Below are positions 10,399 to 19,611 of a stretch of DNA of 64,000 nt, one piece after another (position 1 is the stretch's first letter; every line of letters starts with the position of its first letter). Origin of the DNA: a virus (taxonomy: Duplodnaviria > Caudoviricetes); the IMG/VR virus record IMGVR_UViG_3300025723_000017, positions 1 through 64,000 of that record; one strand, written 5' to 3'. A model generated the notes under the pieces. It saw nothing but the letters and a program-made list of their open reading frames with translations, was not told the origin of the DNA and did not search any database. A program made the position numbers and the translations under genes.

Positions 10399-10784
10399 TT
10401 AACCTTAAATCCACCAGTCCAAAATACAACCCATATGTTCCTGAAAAGAGTCTCAGACCCAAGTGTGACCATGCCGGTTGTTCTGAACCAAAGGTTATTT
10501 GCACTATATCTAAAAAAACTAACGCACCATTATACAACAGATTGTGTCGTAAGCATCATAATCAAAAATACTACAACGGTGAACCTCCTATAAATTCCAC
10601 TGCTAAAAAATTGGGATTGCCTACTTGGAAATATGTTGAACGTGCTGCTTTAATACGTGGATTTAATTCATATAATGAATATGAAAAATGGTTAAAATCA
10701 AAACCTAAACAAGCATTGCCAACAATTAAAGACGTTATATTCACGGAAATTAGTGCAAGATCCAGGGTAACTACGGCAAAATGA
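10395..10784 (+). CDS. Hypothetical protein (possible Zn-binding C/H motif)
   Basis: ATGA overlaps at both ends; CxxxxC...LCxKH. Confidence 0.6.
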   Translation: MINLKSTSPKYNPYVPEKSLRPKCDHAGCSEPKVICTISKKTNAPLYNRLCRKHHNQKYYNGEPPINSTAKKLGLPTWKYVERAALIRGFNSYNEYEKWLKSKPKQALPTIKDVIFTEISARSRVTTAK

Positions 10785-11257
10785 TTTCCATAGAAATATA
10801 CAATGAGTTAACGGATCCAACCGAAGCTGGTGAATTACTTAAGCAATCTTTTGTTTATACTCCTGCTGGCGAAATGCCCTCATTGATATCTAAAAATGTA
10901 GAACATGCTATCGAAGTTGAAAAAATAAAATATCTAATCAACTTAATTGATGGAGTAAAATTCTATATTTTAGCAAAAGAACAGGACAAACTAATAGGGT
11001 TTGGCCTTATAAGCGAATCAAATTTACAATATTTTTATGACTTAACTTGGGTTTGTGTTGATCCTGCATATAGGAATCAAGGGTTAGGTAAACAGATTAC
11101 AACTCGTGCAGTTGAATTTGCAAAAAGTCGTGACCGTAAAATTATTATTACTACAGAAATTCCCAAATTTTATACAGACTTGGGATTTATACAATTAGGA
11201 TCTTACCGCCCAGGGTGGTATCTAATGACCTCATCTACATCAAAGGACAACTTATGA
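10781..11257 (+). CDS. GNAT-family N-acetyltransferase
   Basis: Motif A 'VCVDPAYRNQGLGK' and 'FY..LGF'. Confidence 0.85.
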   Translation: MISIEIYNELTDPTEAGELLKQSFVYTPAGEMPSLISKNVEHAIEVEKIKYLINLIDGVKFYILAKEQDKLIGFGLISESNLQYFYDLTWVCVDPAYRNQGLGKQITTRAVEFAKSRDRKIIITTEIPKFYTDLGFIQLGSYRPGWYLMTSSTSKDNL

Positions 11258-11916
11258 TTATTGGAATTTGCGGCCTTATAGGCAGTGGAAAAGATACTAT
11301 TGCAGACTACTTGCAAAATATACATCAATTTCGACGTGAATCATTTGCTCATGCATTAAAAGACGCGGTATCATCAGTCTTTCATTGGGATCGAGAATTA
11401 CTAGAAGGACGTACACGCGAAAGCAGAGAGTGGCGTGAAAAAAGAGATGAATGGTGGAGCAACAGATTAGGTAAAGATATTACTCCACGATGGGTATTGC
11501 AATATTGGGGTACAGAAGTATGTCGTAAAGGATTCGATGATGACATTTGGATTGCTGCATTAGAAAATAAATTACGAACCACTACCGATGATATTGTAAT
11601 ATCCGATTGTCGTTTTCCTAATGAAATAGCAGCAATAAGACGTGCTGGCGGTGCAGTAATACGTGTTGTTCGAGGGCCAGAGCCAGAATGGTTTGAATTG
11701 GCTGAAATTGTAAACCAAGGCCCTGTGCATAATCAAAAATGGGCAACTGCTAAAACAGAATTAGTAAAATATAATATTCACGCTAGCGAAACTGCTTGGA
11801 TTGGGACTAAGTTTGATGCAGTCGTCGATAATAATGCAGATGGATTAGACAATTTATATCGTCAGGTCAAGCGTCTGGTGAAAGATCTCCAGGACGCCAC
11901 GGTAAATCAGCCTTAG
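11254..11916 (+). CDS. Deoxynucleoside monophosphate kinase (T4 gp1-like)
   Basis: IIGICGLIGSGKDT P-loop, SFA..LKD, TPR..LQ..GTE, ISDCRFPNE, HASE; start placed at the ATGA overlap. Confidence 0.9.
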   Translation: MIIGICGLIGSGKDTIADYLQNIHQFRRESFAHALKDAVSSVFHWDRELLEGRTRESREWREKRDEWWSNRLGKDITPRWVLQYWGTEVCRKGFDDDIWIAALENKLRTTTDDIVISDCRFPNEIAAIRRAGGAVIRVVRGPEPEWFELAEIVNQGPVHNQKWATAKTELVKYNIHASETAWIGTKFDAVVDNNADGLDNLYRQVKRLVKDLQDATVNQP

Positions 11917-12214
11917 TTACATCAATTACACAATTTTGACAGATAGTTTTTAGATTACGTACATGAGTGTTATTTAGATTACCATCTAAATGAAATACTA
12001 AAAGTTGTGCTGACCATCTTGCTCTAAATCCGCATCGCTCACATACCATTTTCTTTACATACCCAGCAGTGGCCCAACGTGGATTCGCTGGGGATTTGTT
12101 GCGGATACGCTTTATGCAATTTTCACAACGACTTCGATATTGTATTTTACCATTAGGTCTATAATAAGATATAGCTCTAGGATGTTGATTGCAGGTTAAA
12201 CACACGGGTCTCAT
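11867..12214 (-). CDS. Small Zn-finger HNH-family protein
   Basis: Four CxxC pairs and 'FHLDGNLNN..NL..ICQNC'. Confidence 0.75.
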   Translation of the reverse strand: MRPVCLTCNQHPRAISYYRPNGKIQYRSRCENCIKRIRNKSPANPRWATAGYVKKMVCERCGFRARWSAQLLVFHLDGNLNNTHVRNLKTICQNCVIDVTKADLPWRPGDLSPDA

Positions 12215-12277
12215 ATATCTATTTATTATTAAACCTACTAGTAGGGGGCCGTTCCTGGTGTCTTTTTCAATAATCTA

Positions 12278-12284
12278 CTAAATA
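12278..12284 (+). promoter_or_regulatory. Late promoter CTAAATA
   Basis: Upstream of the tail sheath gene. Confidence 0.65.
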
Positions 12285-12312
12285 TTGTATATTATTATAA
12301 AGGATTTAAATC

Positions 12313-15300
12313 ATGTCTAGCACATTAGTTTCCCCAGGTGTACAAGTCACTGTAGTTGATCAAAGCCAATATCTGCCAGCCGCTACTAATTCGGTTCCGC
12401 TTGTTGTTATTGCCACTGCATCAAACAAACTATCTTCAGATGGTACTGGCATTGCTCCTGGTACTTTAGCTATTAATGCCAATCAATTATTTTTGGCAAC
12501 TAGTCAACGTGCGTTGTCTGCTAATTATGGTACTCCATTCTTTTATACAACTACAAATGGAACTCCTATTAATGGATACGAGCTTAACGAATATGGCTTA
12601 TTAGCTGCCTATTCAGCATTAGGCGTTACTAACCAATGTTACGTGTTACGTGCTGATATTGATTTAGCTGCTCTTAGCGCCAGCTTAACACGCCCAACTG
12701 GTAATCCATTCAATGGTACTTATTGGCTAGACACTGTTAATACTACATGGGGACTATTTCAATGGAATGTTAGTACTAGTACATTTACTAATCAAATTCC
12801 TTCGGTAATTACTAATGCAGACTATTTGAATAATAGCTCATCTGTGCCATTGCAAACATATGGTAGCATTGGAAATTATGCAGTAACTGCCACATATTCT
12901 TCAAACCCAATTTACTTTAAACGCGGTGGTCCAACTACTACACAATCTAATGATACTAGAATTACTTCTTTATATAATACTTGGGTATTAGTAGGTAGTG
13001 ATGATTGGCAATCAGCATGGGCAACTGTGCAAGGATCTACTACACCAACTAGTTTAATTGCTGGTAATACTTTTACAATTAATGGAAGTACTATCACTGT
13101 TCCAGTTGGGCCAAATAATACAGTTAGCGGTGTTGTTAATGCAATTACTACTGCTGCAATTACTGGCGTATATGCAGCTAACATTGGTGGTTCACTAAAT
13201 TTATATTGTGATAAAACTGCTGCCAGTGGTGCAGGTACAATTACTATAGCAAATCTTTCAGGCACTGCTCTTACTACATTGGGAATAACAGAGGGGACAT
13301 ATTATGCCCCGTACTATCAAGCATCGCCAAGTTATCAAGTTCCAACATGGAGCACAGGTGGTACATCAGCTACTGGTGTTACAGGTTCTATATGGCAAAA
13401 AACTAATTCAGTTAACAATGGTACTACACTTGTTATGAAAGAATATAATTCAACTCTGGGTGTATTTGTAATTAAATCTTGCCCAGTATATTCTTCAGAT
13501 GCCACTGCAATTTATAGTTTAGATCCATCGGGAGGCGGCCAAAATATTGCTTCTGGATCATTATATGCAGAATCGACTCCTTTTAATGACAATACTGCGG
13601 GATTTACAATTTATGAACGCTATGCAGCTGGATCAACGATTGTTACTGGATCCAACACAACGCAAACTTTTATTTCTGGTAACTCATTTACTATATCAGC
13701 AACACAACCAGGTACAGCATCTATTACAACTGCCACTGCTATATTAAGTGGAACTACTACAAGTGATTTTATAGCCGCAGTTAGTTCAGCTGCCATTCCT
13801 TATGTTAGTGCTTCTGTTGCTAGTACTGGTGCAATTGTGTTTACACACAGTGCCGGCGGAGATATTACATTAACCAATGTTAGTGGTACACCAGTAACAG
13901 CCGCAGGATTTACTACAAATACTTTCTTATGCCGTCAAAATTATATTGATGGTTCAGATTCGGGACTCATTTTAAGTAATTGGGTTGGTAGTCCGACATT
14001 TAGCTATACTGCATCAGCAACTGCTCCAGATCAAAACCCAACAACAGGAACATACTGGTATTATAGCGATCCTACACAAGTTGATATTATGATTCAACAA
14101 AATGGAGAATGGGTAGGCTATCAAACGGTTACTTCTGATTCACGTGGTTATAATTTAACAATGTGTAATGCGACTGGTCCTATTATCAGTACAACTGCTC
14201 CCCTAACTCAAACAGACACAGCAATGAGTCCTTTAGTATATGGAGATTTATGGATTAACACTAGTGATTTAGAAAATTATCCGTTGGTATATCGTTGGCA
14301 AAATGTTAATGGTGTTGATCAATGGGTACAAATTGATAATGCAGATCAAACACAATCTAGTGGTATTTTATTTGCTGATGCACGTTGGGCCCCGAACGGT
14401 ACAACTGACCCAATCGCAGATGCATTACCAACTATTGAAAGTCTGTTAACTAGCAATTATTTAGATCCGGATGCACCACTAGCTGAACTTTATCCAACTG
14501 GTATGCTATTATGGAATACACGTCGTTCAGGATTTAATGTTAAGACATTTGAATTGAACGCTTGGAATAATCAAGCATGGCCAACATATGATTGGAGCGC
14601 AAGCACAACTTATACTATCGGACAATACGTTCAATTTGACAATATCGTATATGCCTGTATCAAAAATAGCACTAATAACGAACCTGATACAAGTCCTACA
14701 TATTGGTCTATTCAAACACAAACTAATACATGGAATTCTGCGGTTGGTTCTCGTCCGGACGGAAGCCCATATATGGGTCGTCAAGCACAACGTAAGATTA
14801 TTGTTGACGCTTTAAAGAATGCGATTGACACTAATACAACAATTCGTGAAGAACAAAATTCATATAATCTAATAGCTGTTACAGGTTATCCAGAGTTGGC
14901 TCCTAACATGGTAGCATTAAACAACGAAATTAATAATGTAGCATTTAGTATTATTGACACTCCATTGCGTTTATCTCCATCGAATGTTACAACATGGGCT
15001 ACTAACAATAACGGATTAGGATTACCTACAGGTGATGGTAATTTAGCATCAGGAGATAGCTATGGCGCAACATTTTACCCAAGCTGTGAAACAACTGATT
15101 TAAGCGGAAACACATGTGTAACTTATCCAAGTCATATGATGATTCGTACAATTATACGTAGTGACGAAATTGCTTATCCTTGGTTAGCTCCAGCTGGAAC
15201 ACGTCGTGGCTTAGTTGATAATGCATTCCAATTAGGCTATTTAAATAGTATAACTGGTGCATTTGAGACATTAGGTGTTGGTCAATCAATACGTGATGTT

Positions 15301-15723
15301 TTATATGTTAATAATATTAACCCAATCACATTTATACCTGGTGTTGGTATTACTAACTTTGGTAATAAGACATTACAAGGAACTGCGAGTGCATTAAATC
15401 GTATTAACGTAGCAAGATTAGTATGTTTTATTCGTGCTAGACTTAATACAATTGGTAAGCAATACTTGTTTGAACCTAATGATCAAATTACTCGTACTGA
15501 AATTGGGAACACAATTACAAGTTTAATGATTGATCTAGTGGCCAAGCGTGGAATTTATGACTATTTGGTAGTGTGTGATAATACAAATAACACTCCTAGT
15601 ACTATTGATCAAAATCAATTATGGGTTGACATCGCAATTGAACCAGTTAAGGCAGTGGAGTTTATCTATATTCCATTACGTATTGAAAATACTGGAGCAA
15701 TTGCAGCGCAGGCTGCTGCTTAA
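12313..15723 (+). CDS. Contractile tail sheath protein (gp18-like), enlarged
   Basis: N-terminal LVSPGVQV.VVD; C-terminal WLAPAG.RRG, INPI, FGNKT, RINVARL, LFEPND, VVCD..NNT, IEPVKAVEFIYIP. Confidence 0.95.
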   Translation: MSSTLVSPGVQVTVVDQSQYLPAATNSVPLVVIATASNKLSSDGTGIAPGTLAINANQLFLATSQRALSANYGTPFFYTTTNGTPINGYELNEYGLLAAYSALGVTNQCYVLRADIDLAALSASLTRPTGNPFNGTYWLDTVNTTWGLFQWNVSTSTFTNQIPSVITNADYLNNSSSVPLQTYGSIGNYAVTATYSSNPIYFKRGGPTTTQSNDTRITSLYNTWVLVGSDDWQSAWATVQGSTTPTSLIAGNTFTINGSTITVPVGPNNTVSGVVNAITTAAITGVYAANIGGSLNLYCDKTAASGAGTITIANLSGTALTTLGITEGTYYAPYYQASPSYQVPTWSTGGTSATGVTGSIWQKTNSVNNGTTLVMKEYNSTLGVFVIKSCPVYSSDATAIYSLDPSGGGQNIASGSLYAESTPFNDNTAGFTIYERYAAGSTIVTGSNTTQTFISGNSFTISATQPGTASITTATAILSGTTTSDFIAAVSSAAIPYVSASVASTGAIVFTHSAGGDITLTNVSGTPVTAAGFTTNTFLCRQNYIDGSDSGLILSNWVGSPTFSYTASATAPDQNPTTGTYWYYSDPTQVDIMIQQNGEWVGYQTVTSDSRGYNLTMCNATGPIISTTAPLTQTDTAMSPLVYGDLWINTSDLENYPLVYRWQNVNGVDQWVQIDNADQTQSSGILFADARWAPNGTTDPIADALPTIESLLTSNYLDPDAPLAELYPTGMLLWNTRRSGFNVKTFELNAWNNQAWPTYDWSASTTYTIGQYVQFDNIVYACIKNSTNNEPDTSPTYWSIQTQTNTWNSAVGSRPDGSPYMGRQAQRKIIVDALKNAIDTNTTIREEQNSYNLIAVTGYPELAPNMVALNNEINNVAFSIIDTPLRLSPSNVTTWATNNNGLGLPTGDGNLASGDSYGATFYPSCETTDLSGNTCVTYPSHMMIRTIIRSDEIAYPWLAPAGTRRGLVDNAFQLGYLNSITGAFETLGVGQSIRDVLYVNNINPITFIPGVGITNFGNKTLQGTASALNRINVARLVCFIRARLNTIGKQYLFEPNDQITRTEIGNTITSLMIDLVAKRGIYDYLVVCDNTNNTPSTIDQNQLWVDIAIEPVKAVEFIYIPLRIENTGAIAAQAAA

Positions 15724-15725
15724 AG

Positions 15726-15751
15726 AAAGTTGGGCATTTTTGCCCAACTTT
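15726..15751 (+). terminator. Intrinsic terminator / stem-loop
   Basis: AAAGTTGGGCA-tttt-TGCCCAACTTT, followed by late promoter CTAAATA at 15757-15763. Confidence 0.7.
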
Positions 15752-15784
15752 ATTAACTAAATAAAGTATATCGGAGATTAAGAA

Positions 15785-16441
15785 ATGGCAACATCCTCAC
15801 TAACTAACATGACCGTTCCTCTAGGAGCAGACGGCCAAAGCGCATCAACCCAAGGCTTATTAATGCCTAAATTGACGTATCGTTATCGCGTTTTCTTTAG
15901 TAACTTTGGCGTTAGCACTCCTACAACAGAATTAACTAAACAAGTTATGAAGTTTGATCGTCCACATGTGCAGTTCGAAGAAATAAAATTACCAATTTAT
16001 AACAGTACAATTAAAATTGCAGGTAAACATACATGGCAAGATGTCACATGTGACCTACGTGACGATGCACAAGGTAATGTAAGTCGTTTAGTTGGCGAGC
16101 AACTACAAAAGCAATTGGATTTTATGGAACAAAGTTCAGCTGCATCTGGCATTGATTATAAATTTACAATTCAATTGCAAGTGCTTGATGGCGGCAACGG
16201 TACACATGAACCTAACGTATTAGAGCAATGGCAAATCCTTGGTTGCTATTTAAAAGATGTAAACTATAATTCTATGGATTATGAGCAATCGCAAGCAGTT
16301 AAGATTACAATGGCAATTACATTTGATAATGCTATTCAAGTTAATGGTGCTGGTACTCCAACCGGGGTTGGTCAATCTATTGCTTATACTGTAGGATCTG
16401 TTGCGACTGGTGCTGCTACTGTAAACACTAGTACAATTTAA
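15785..16441 (+). CDS. Tail tube protein (gp19-like)
   Basis: Directly after the sheath gene; 'PKL.YRYRV', 'AGKHTWQD', 'W.I.GC', 'I.FDNA'. Confidence 0.85.
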   Translation: MATSSLTNMTVPLGADGQSASTQGLLMPKLTYRYRVFFSNFGVSTPTTELTKQVMKFDRPHVQFEEIKLPIYNSTIKIAGKHTWQDVTCDLRDDAQGNVSRLVGEQLQKQLDFMEQSSAASGIDYKFTIQLQVLDGGNGTHEPNVLEQWQILGCYLKDVNYNSMDYEQSQAVKITMAITFDNAIQVNGAGTPTGVGQSIAYTVGSVATGAATVNTSTI

Positions 16442-16446
16442 ACAAC

Positions 16447-17637
16447 ATGGGAAACGGCTTTTTTGGCCAGGGTGGTAGTCTATTACAAGCATTTGGGCAA
16501 GGGATAGTAAGTGTACCTGGCTTAAAAGACTACACCCATGCATCTAACACTTTCCTGCCTAACGGGTATCAGCTAACCCCACGTCTTAAATTTTTATATC
16601 ATGTGTATTTTAATATCAACACAGGACAAATTCCACAATTACAAGCTGCATATGGCTCAGGTAGTGTAGAAACTATTGGATTAATGGTTAAAAGTATTGA
16701 TTTACCTAAATTTAAAATTGATACCACATCAATGAATCAATACAATCGCAAACGTGTAATCCAAAGCAAAATACATTATGAGCCAAGTCGCATAACTTTT
16801 CATGACGACCAATCTGATTTGATACGTAATATGTGGTATAATTATTTTACATATTATTATAAAGATCCAAGTCAAAAATACAATAACGTTCCTAATACCA
16901 GCGGCGCAATGGGTCAACCTCAGGGAATTAGCAAAGGCATTGGCTATCAAGATAGTGTATATATTCCTGATTTAGCATCTGCTGATTGGGGATTTATTGG
17001 AGAAAGTTACACAGATGGAACTAATACCGGCACTAACAGTAATGGTAAACCGGCATTTTTCCGTGATATTACCATATATGGATTGAGTCAGAAAAAATAT
17101 GCAGCATGGACATTAATAAATCCACTTATTACAAATTGGAATAGTGATACATATGATTATAGTGAAGGCGGTGGCACTATGAAAAATGATGTCACTATCG
17201 AATATGAAACTGTAAAATATTACAGTGGAGCAGTAGGTTCTACACATCCGTCAAATACTGTAGCTGGATTTGCCGACGTCAATCATTATGATACCACTCC
17301 TTCAGGTATCACACGTCCTGGCGGAACACAATCGGTATTTGGACAAGGTGGATTATTGGATGCTGTAAGTGGTAGTGTAGAAGATTTACAAGCATTAGCA
17401 TCAGGTCAAGGTGGACTTCAAAATGTCATCGGTGCTGTGCAAAATGCAGGCACTGCCTATAACACATTTAAAAATGTAAATCTTGCACAAGTTATAAAAC
17501 CAGAGTTACAACAAGCAGCTATTAGTTCAATACAACAAAGTTTACCTAATGCAACTAGATCAGCGGTTAATTCGGCTAACGGAATGCTATTCCCAAGAGC
17601 CAACATACCAGCATCTTCAACAGGCGGTGCACCTTAA
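16447..17637 (+). CDS. Tail-tube-related baseplate protein (gp48/gp54-like)
   Basis: Tube-like motifs 'VKSIDLPKF', 'NQYNRKR', 'ITFHDD', 'LINPLIT.W..D..DY'. Confidence 0.6.
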   Translation: MGNGFFGQGGSLLQAFGQGIVSVPGLKDYTHASNTFLPNGYQLTPRLKFLYHVYFNINTGQIPQLQAAYGSGSVETIGLMVKSIDLPKFKIDTTSMNQYNRKRVIQSKIHYEPSRITFHDDQSDLIRNMWYNYFTYYYKDPSQKYNNVPNTSGAMGQPQGISKGIGYQDSVYIPDLASADWGFIGESYTDGTNTGTNSNGKPAFFRDITIYGLSQKKYAAWTLINPLITNWNSDTYDYSEGGGTMKNDVTIEYETVKYYSGAVGSTHPSNTVAGFADVNHYDTTPSGITRPGGTQSVFGQGGLLDAVSGSVEDLQALASGQGGLQNVIGAVQNAGTAYNTFKNVNLAQVIKPELQQAAISSIQQSLPNATRSAVNSANGMLFPRANIPASSTGGAP

Positions 17638-17639
17638 TT

Positions 17640-17999
17640 ATGGCTACAATTAACAATACCAATCCTAATATTGATTTAACAGTACAAATTTTTGATAAAT
17701 TTTATAATTATCAACAATCAGTCTCGGCTCAAGAATATGATGCTGTTCGTAGCTATTTACTGTCGGTATTTGGCACAGCAAAACAAGCTGATAATTTTAC
17801 CTCTACGGTGTTTCGTATTTCAGAATTATCAGGTATTCCAGTTATGCAATTACTACAGTCTATTGAAGGCATGTCGGGGCCGCAAATTACATTAACATTT
17901 GCATTTTATCTAAACACATATCAAAGCCCAGCAACTATGTTGGGAATACAAGCTACAGTAGTACCTAATTATTACATAGCACATAACATTAAACAGTAA
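17640..17999 (+). CDS. Hypothetical virion protein
   Basis: Tightly packed within the tail operon. Confidence 0.65.
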   Translation: MATINNTNPNIDLTVQIFDKFYNYQQSVSAQEYDAVRSYLLSVFGTAKQADNFTSTVFRISELSGIPVMQLLQSIEGMSGPQITLTFAFYLNTYQSPATMLGIQATVVPNYYIAHNIKQ

Positions 18000-18001
18000 T
18001 C

Positions 18002-18436
18002 ATGCCTAGCTTTCGTCAAGGATTATACGAAGTAAATAATGCACACAAATATGTAGGCAAAGGAAAACCCAGATACCGATCAGGATGGGAAATGACTTTT
18101 ATGCATTTTTGTGATAACAACGAGCATGTGATAAATTGGGCCAGTGAACCGGTTAGAATTCCCTATCGTCATCCACTTACCGGCAAAATGACCATGTATG
18201 TTCCTGATTTTATTGTGGTATATCGAGGTCCACAAAATACTACAAGAGCCGAATTAATAGAAATTAAGCCACGCAATCAAAGTGTGATTGAAGGAAAAAT
18301 GAAGGATAGTCAACGTGCTGTAATAGCAGTTAACTATGCCAAATGGGCAGCGGCTCAACAGTGGGCCAAACAAAATGGATTAAGTTTTCGTGTAATTACT
18401 GAGTCGGATATTTTCCACCAAGGACGAAAGAAGTAA
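18002..18436 (+). CDS. Head completion nuclease (T4 gp4 / TnsA-like)
   Basis: YRSGWE..FM..CD, WASE, IPY, YVPDF, IEIKP, N.AKW.AA, FRVITE. Confidence 0.9.
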   Translation: MPSFRQGLYEVNNAHKYVGKGKPRYRSGWEMTFMHFCDNNEHVINWASEPVRIPYRHPLTGKMTMYVPDFIVVYRGPQNTTRAELIEIKPRNQSVIEGKMKDSQRAVIAVNYAKWAAAQQWAKQNGLSFRVITESDIFHQGRKK

Positions 18437-18468
18437 TTGCTATCCTCCAAAATACTGTAAATAACAGT

Positions 18469-18969
18469 ATGACAAAAAATTTAGAAACCCTATTTGGATT
18501 TGATAAACTTGATATCGAACAAGATCCACCTGTTGTTGAAAATATGACCCCGGAAGAAACTCGTGATGCTATTGTACATATTGATGAAACAATAGACAAG
18601 ATAGACGAAGCTTTACCGGCCATTAGAGATTTGGCTGCATCAGATAGAGAATTAGATGAACTAGCTGACCTTGCTAAACAAAGTTATCAGGATTTATCAG
18701 ATCTCGGAATGAATGTAGACAGTAGATATTCAGCTGAACTATTTGCAGTAGCTGGTACTATGCTAGGTCATGCACTAACTGCCAAAACTACCAAACTTAA
18801 TAAAAAATTAAAAATGATTGATTTACAATTGCGTAAATTAAAGTTGGATCAAGATGCGGCTAAAAAATCTGGAGAGTTAGGTGATATTCCAACTGCACAA
18901 GGACAAGTATTAACACGTAACGATTTGCTTGAACGTCTGCTTAATGACAGAGCACAAAAAGACAATTAA
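18469..18969 (+). CDS. Putative terminase small subunit (gp16-like)
   Basis: Helical/coiled-coil core, C-terminal 'V.TRNDLL', late promoter; positional inference. Confidence 0.45.
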   Translation: MTKNLETLFGFDKLDIEQDPPVVENMTPEETRDAIVHIDETIDKIDEALPAIRDLAASDRELDELADLAKQSYQDLSDLGMNVDSRYSAELFAVAGTMLGHALTAKTTKLNKKLKMIDLQLRKLKLDQDAAKKSGELGDIPTAQGQVLTRNDLLERLLNDRAQKDN

Positions 18970-18994
18970 CATAAATATAATATAGGAATAAATC

Positions 18995-19606
18995 ATGAAA
19001 AATTTTAAAGACTACTTGGCCGAAAGCGAAAGAACCTATAACTATCGCATTAAGATAGTGGGTGAACTGCCTCAGGGATTTTATAATGCTCTAAAAGGTA
19101 AACTAGAACAATTTGATCCATTAAAAATTGGTTCAGAAAAGTCTACTCCAATACAGGCAAAACCTGCTGACTTTCCTGCATTTGAAAATGAAAAAGTTAC
19201 CAGTGTTGATGTTATGTTACGTTATCCTGCAATTGAACCGCAAATTAAACAAATTGCTCGTTTATTAGGGTTAGATGAAAATAAAATTATCATGCAAACT
19301 TCTGTATATGATGATACCAATGCAGAATATCAGAAAAAACTTGAAGCACAACCAGAATCATTGTTAGCTGATACCAATTACCCAGCTGATGACGCAGAAC
19401 AAGCAGCATTGAAAGCTGATTATTCTGCTGATCCATATAATCATGCAGTATTGAAAAATGCGTATCGTTCAGATTTCACTATTGCTGGCGGTAGTCCAAA
19501 AGCAGCAGAAACAACAAATGATTTAAAGATGGGTAACACCAGCCCAATGACTCATGCAGAAAAAAGACCCAAGCGTCCAGCTACTGGCGCCCAACCTAGA
19601 GGATAA
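18995..19606 (+). CDS. Putative internal head protein
   Basis: N-terminus MKNFKDYLAE resembles the T4 capsid-targeting sequence; late promoter at 18971-18977. Confidence 0.55.
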   Translation: MKNFKDYLAESERTYNYRIKIVGELPQGFYNALKGKLEQFDPLKIGSEKSTPIQAKPADFPAFENEKVTSVDVMLRYPAIEPQIKQIARLLGLDENKIIMQTSVYDDTNAEYQKKLEAQPESLLADTNYPADDAEQAALKADYSADPYNHAVLKNAYRSDFTIAGGSPKAAETTNDLKMGNTSPMTHAEKRPKRPATGAQPRG

Positions 19607-19611
19607 TAGTA

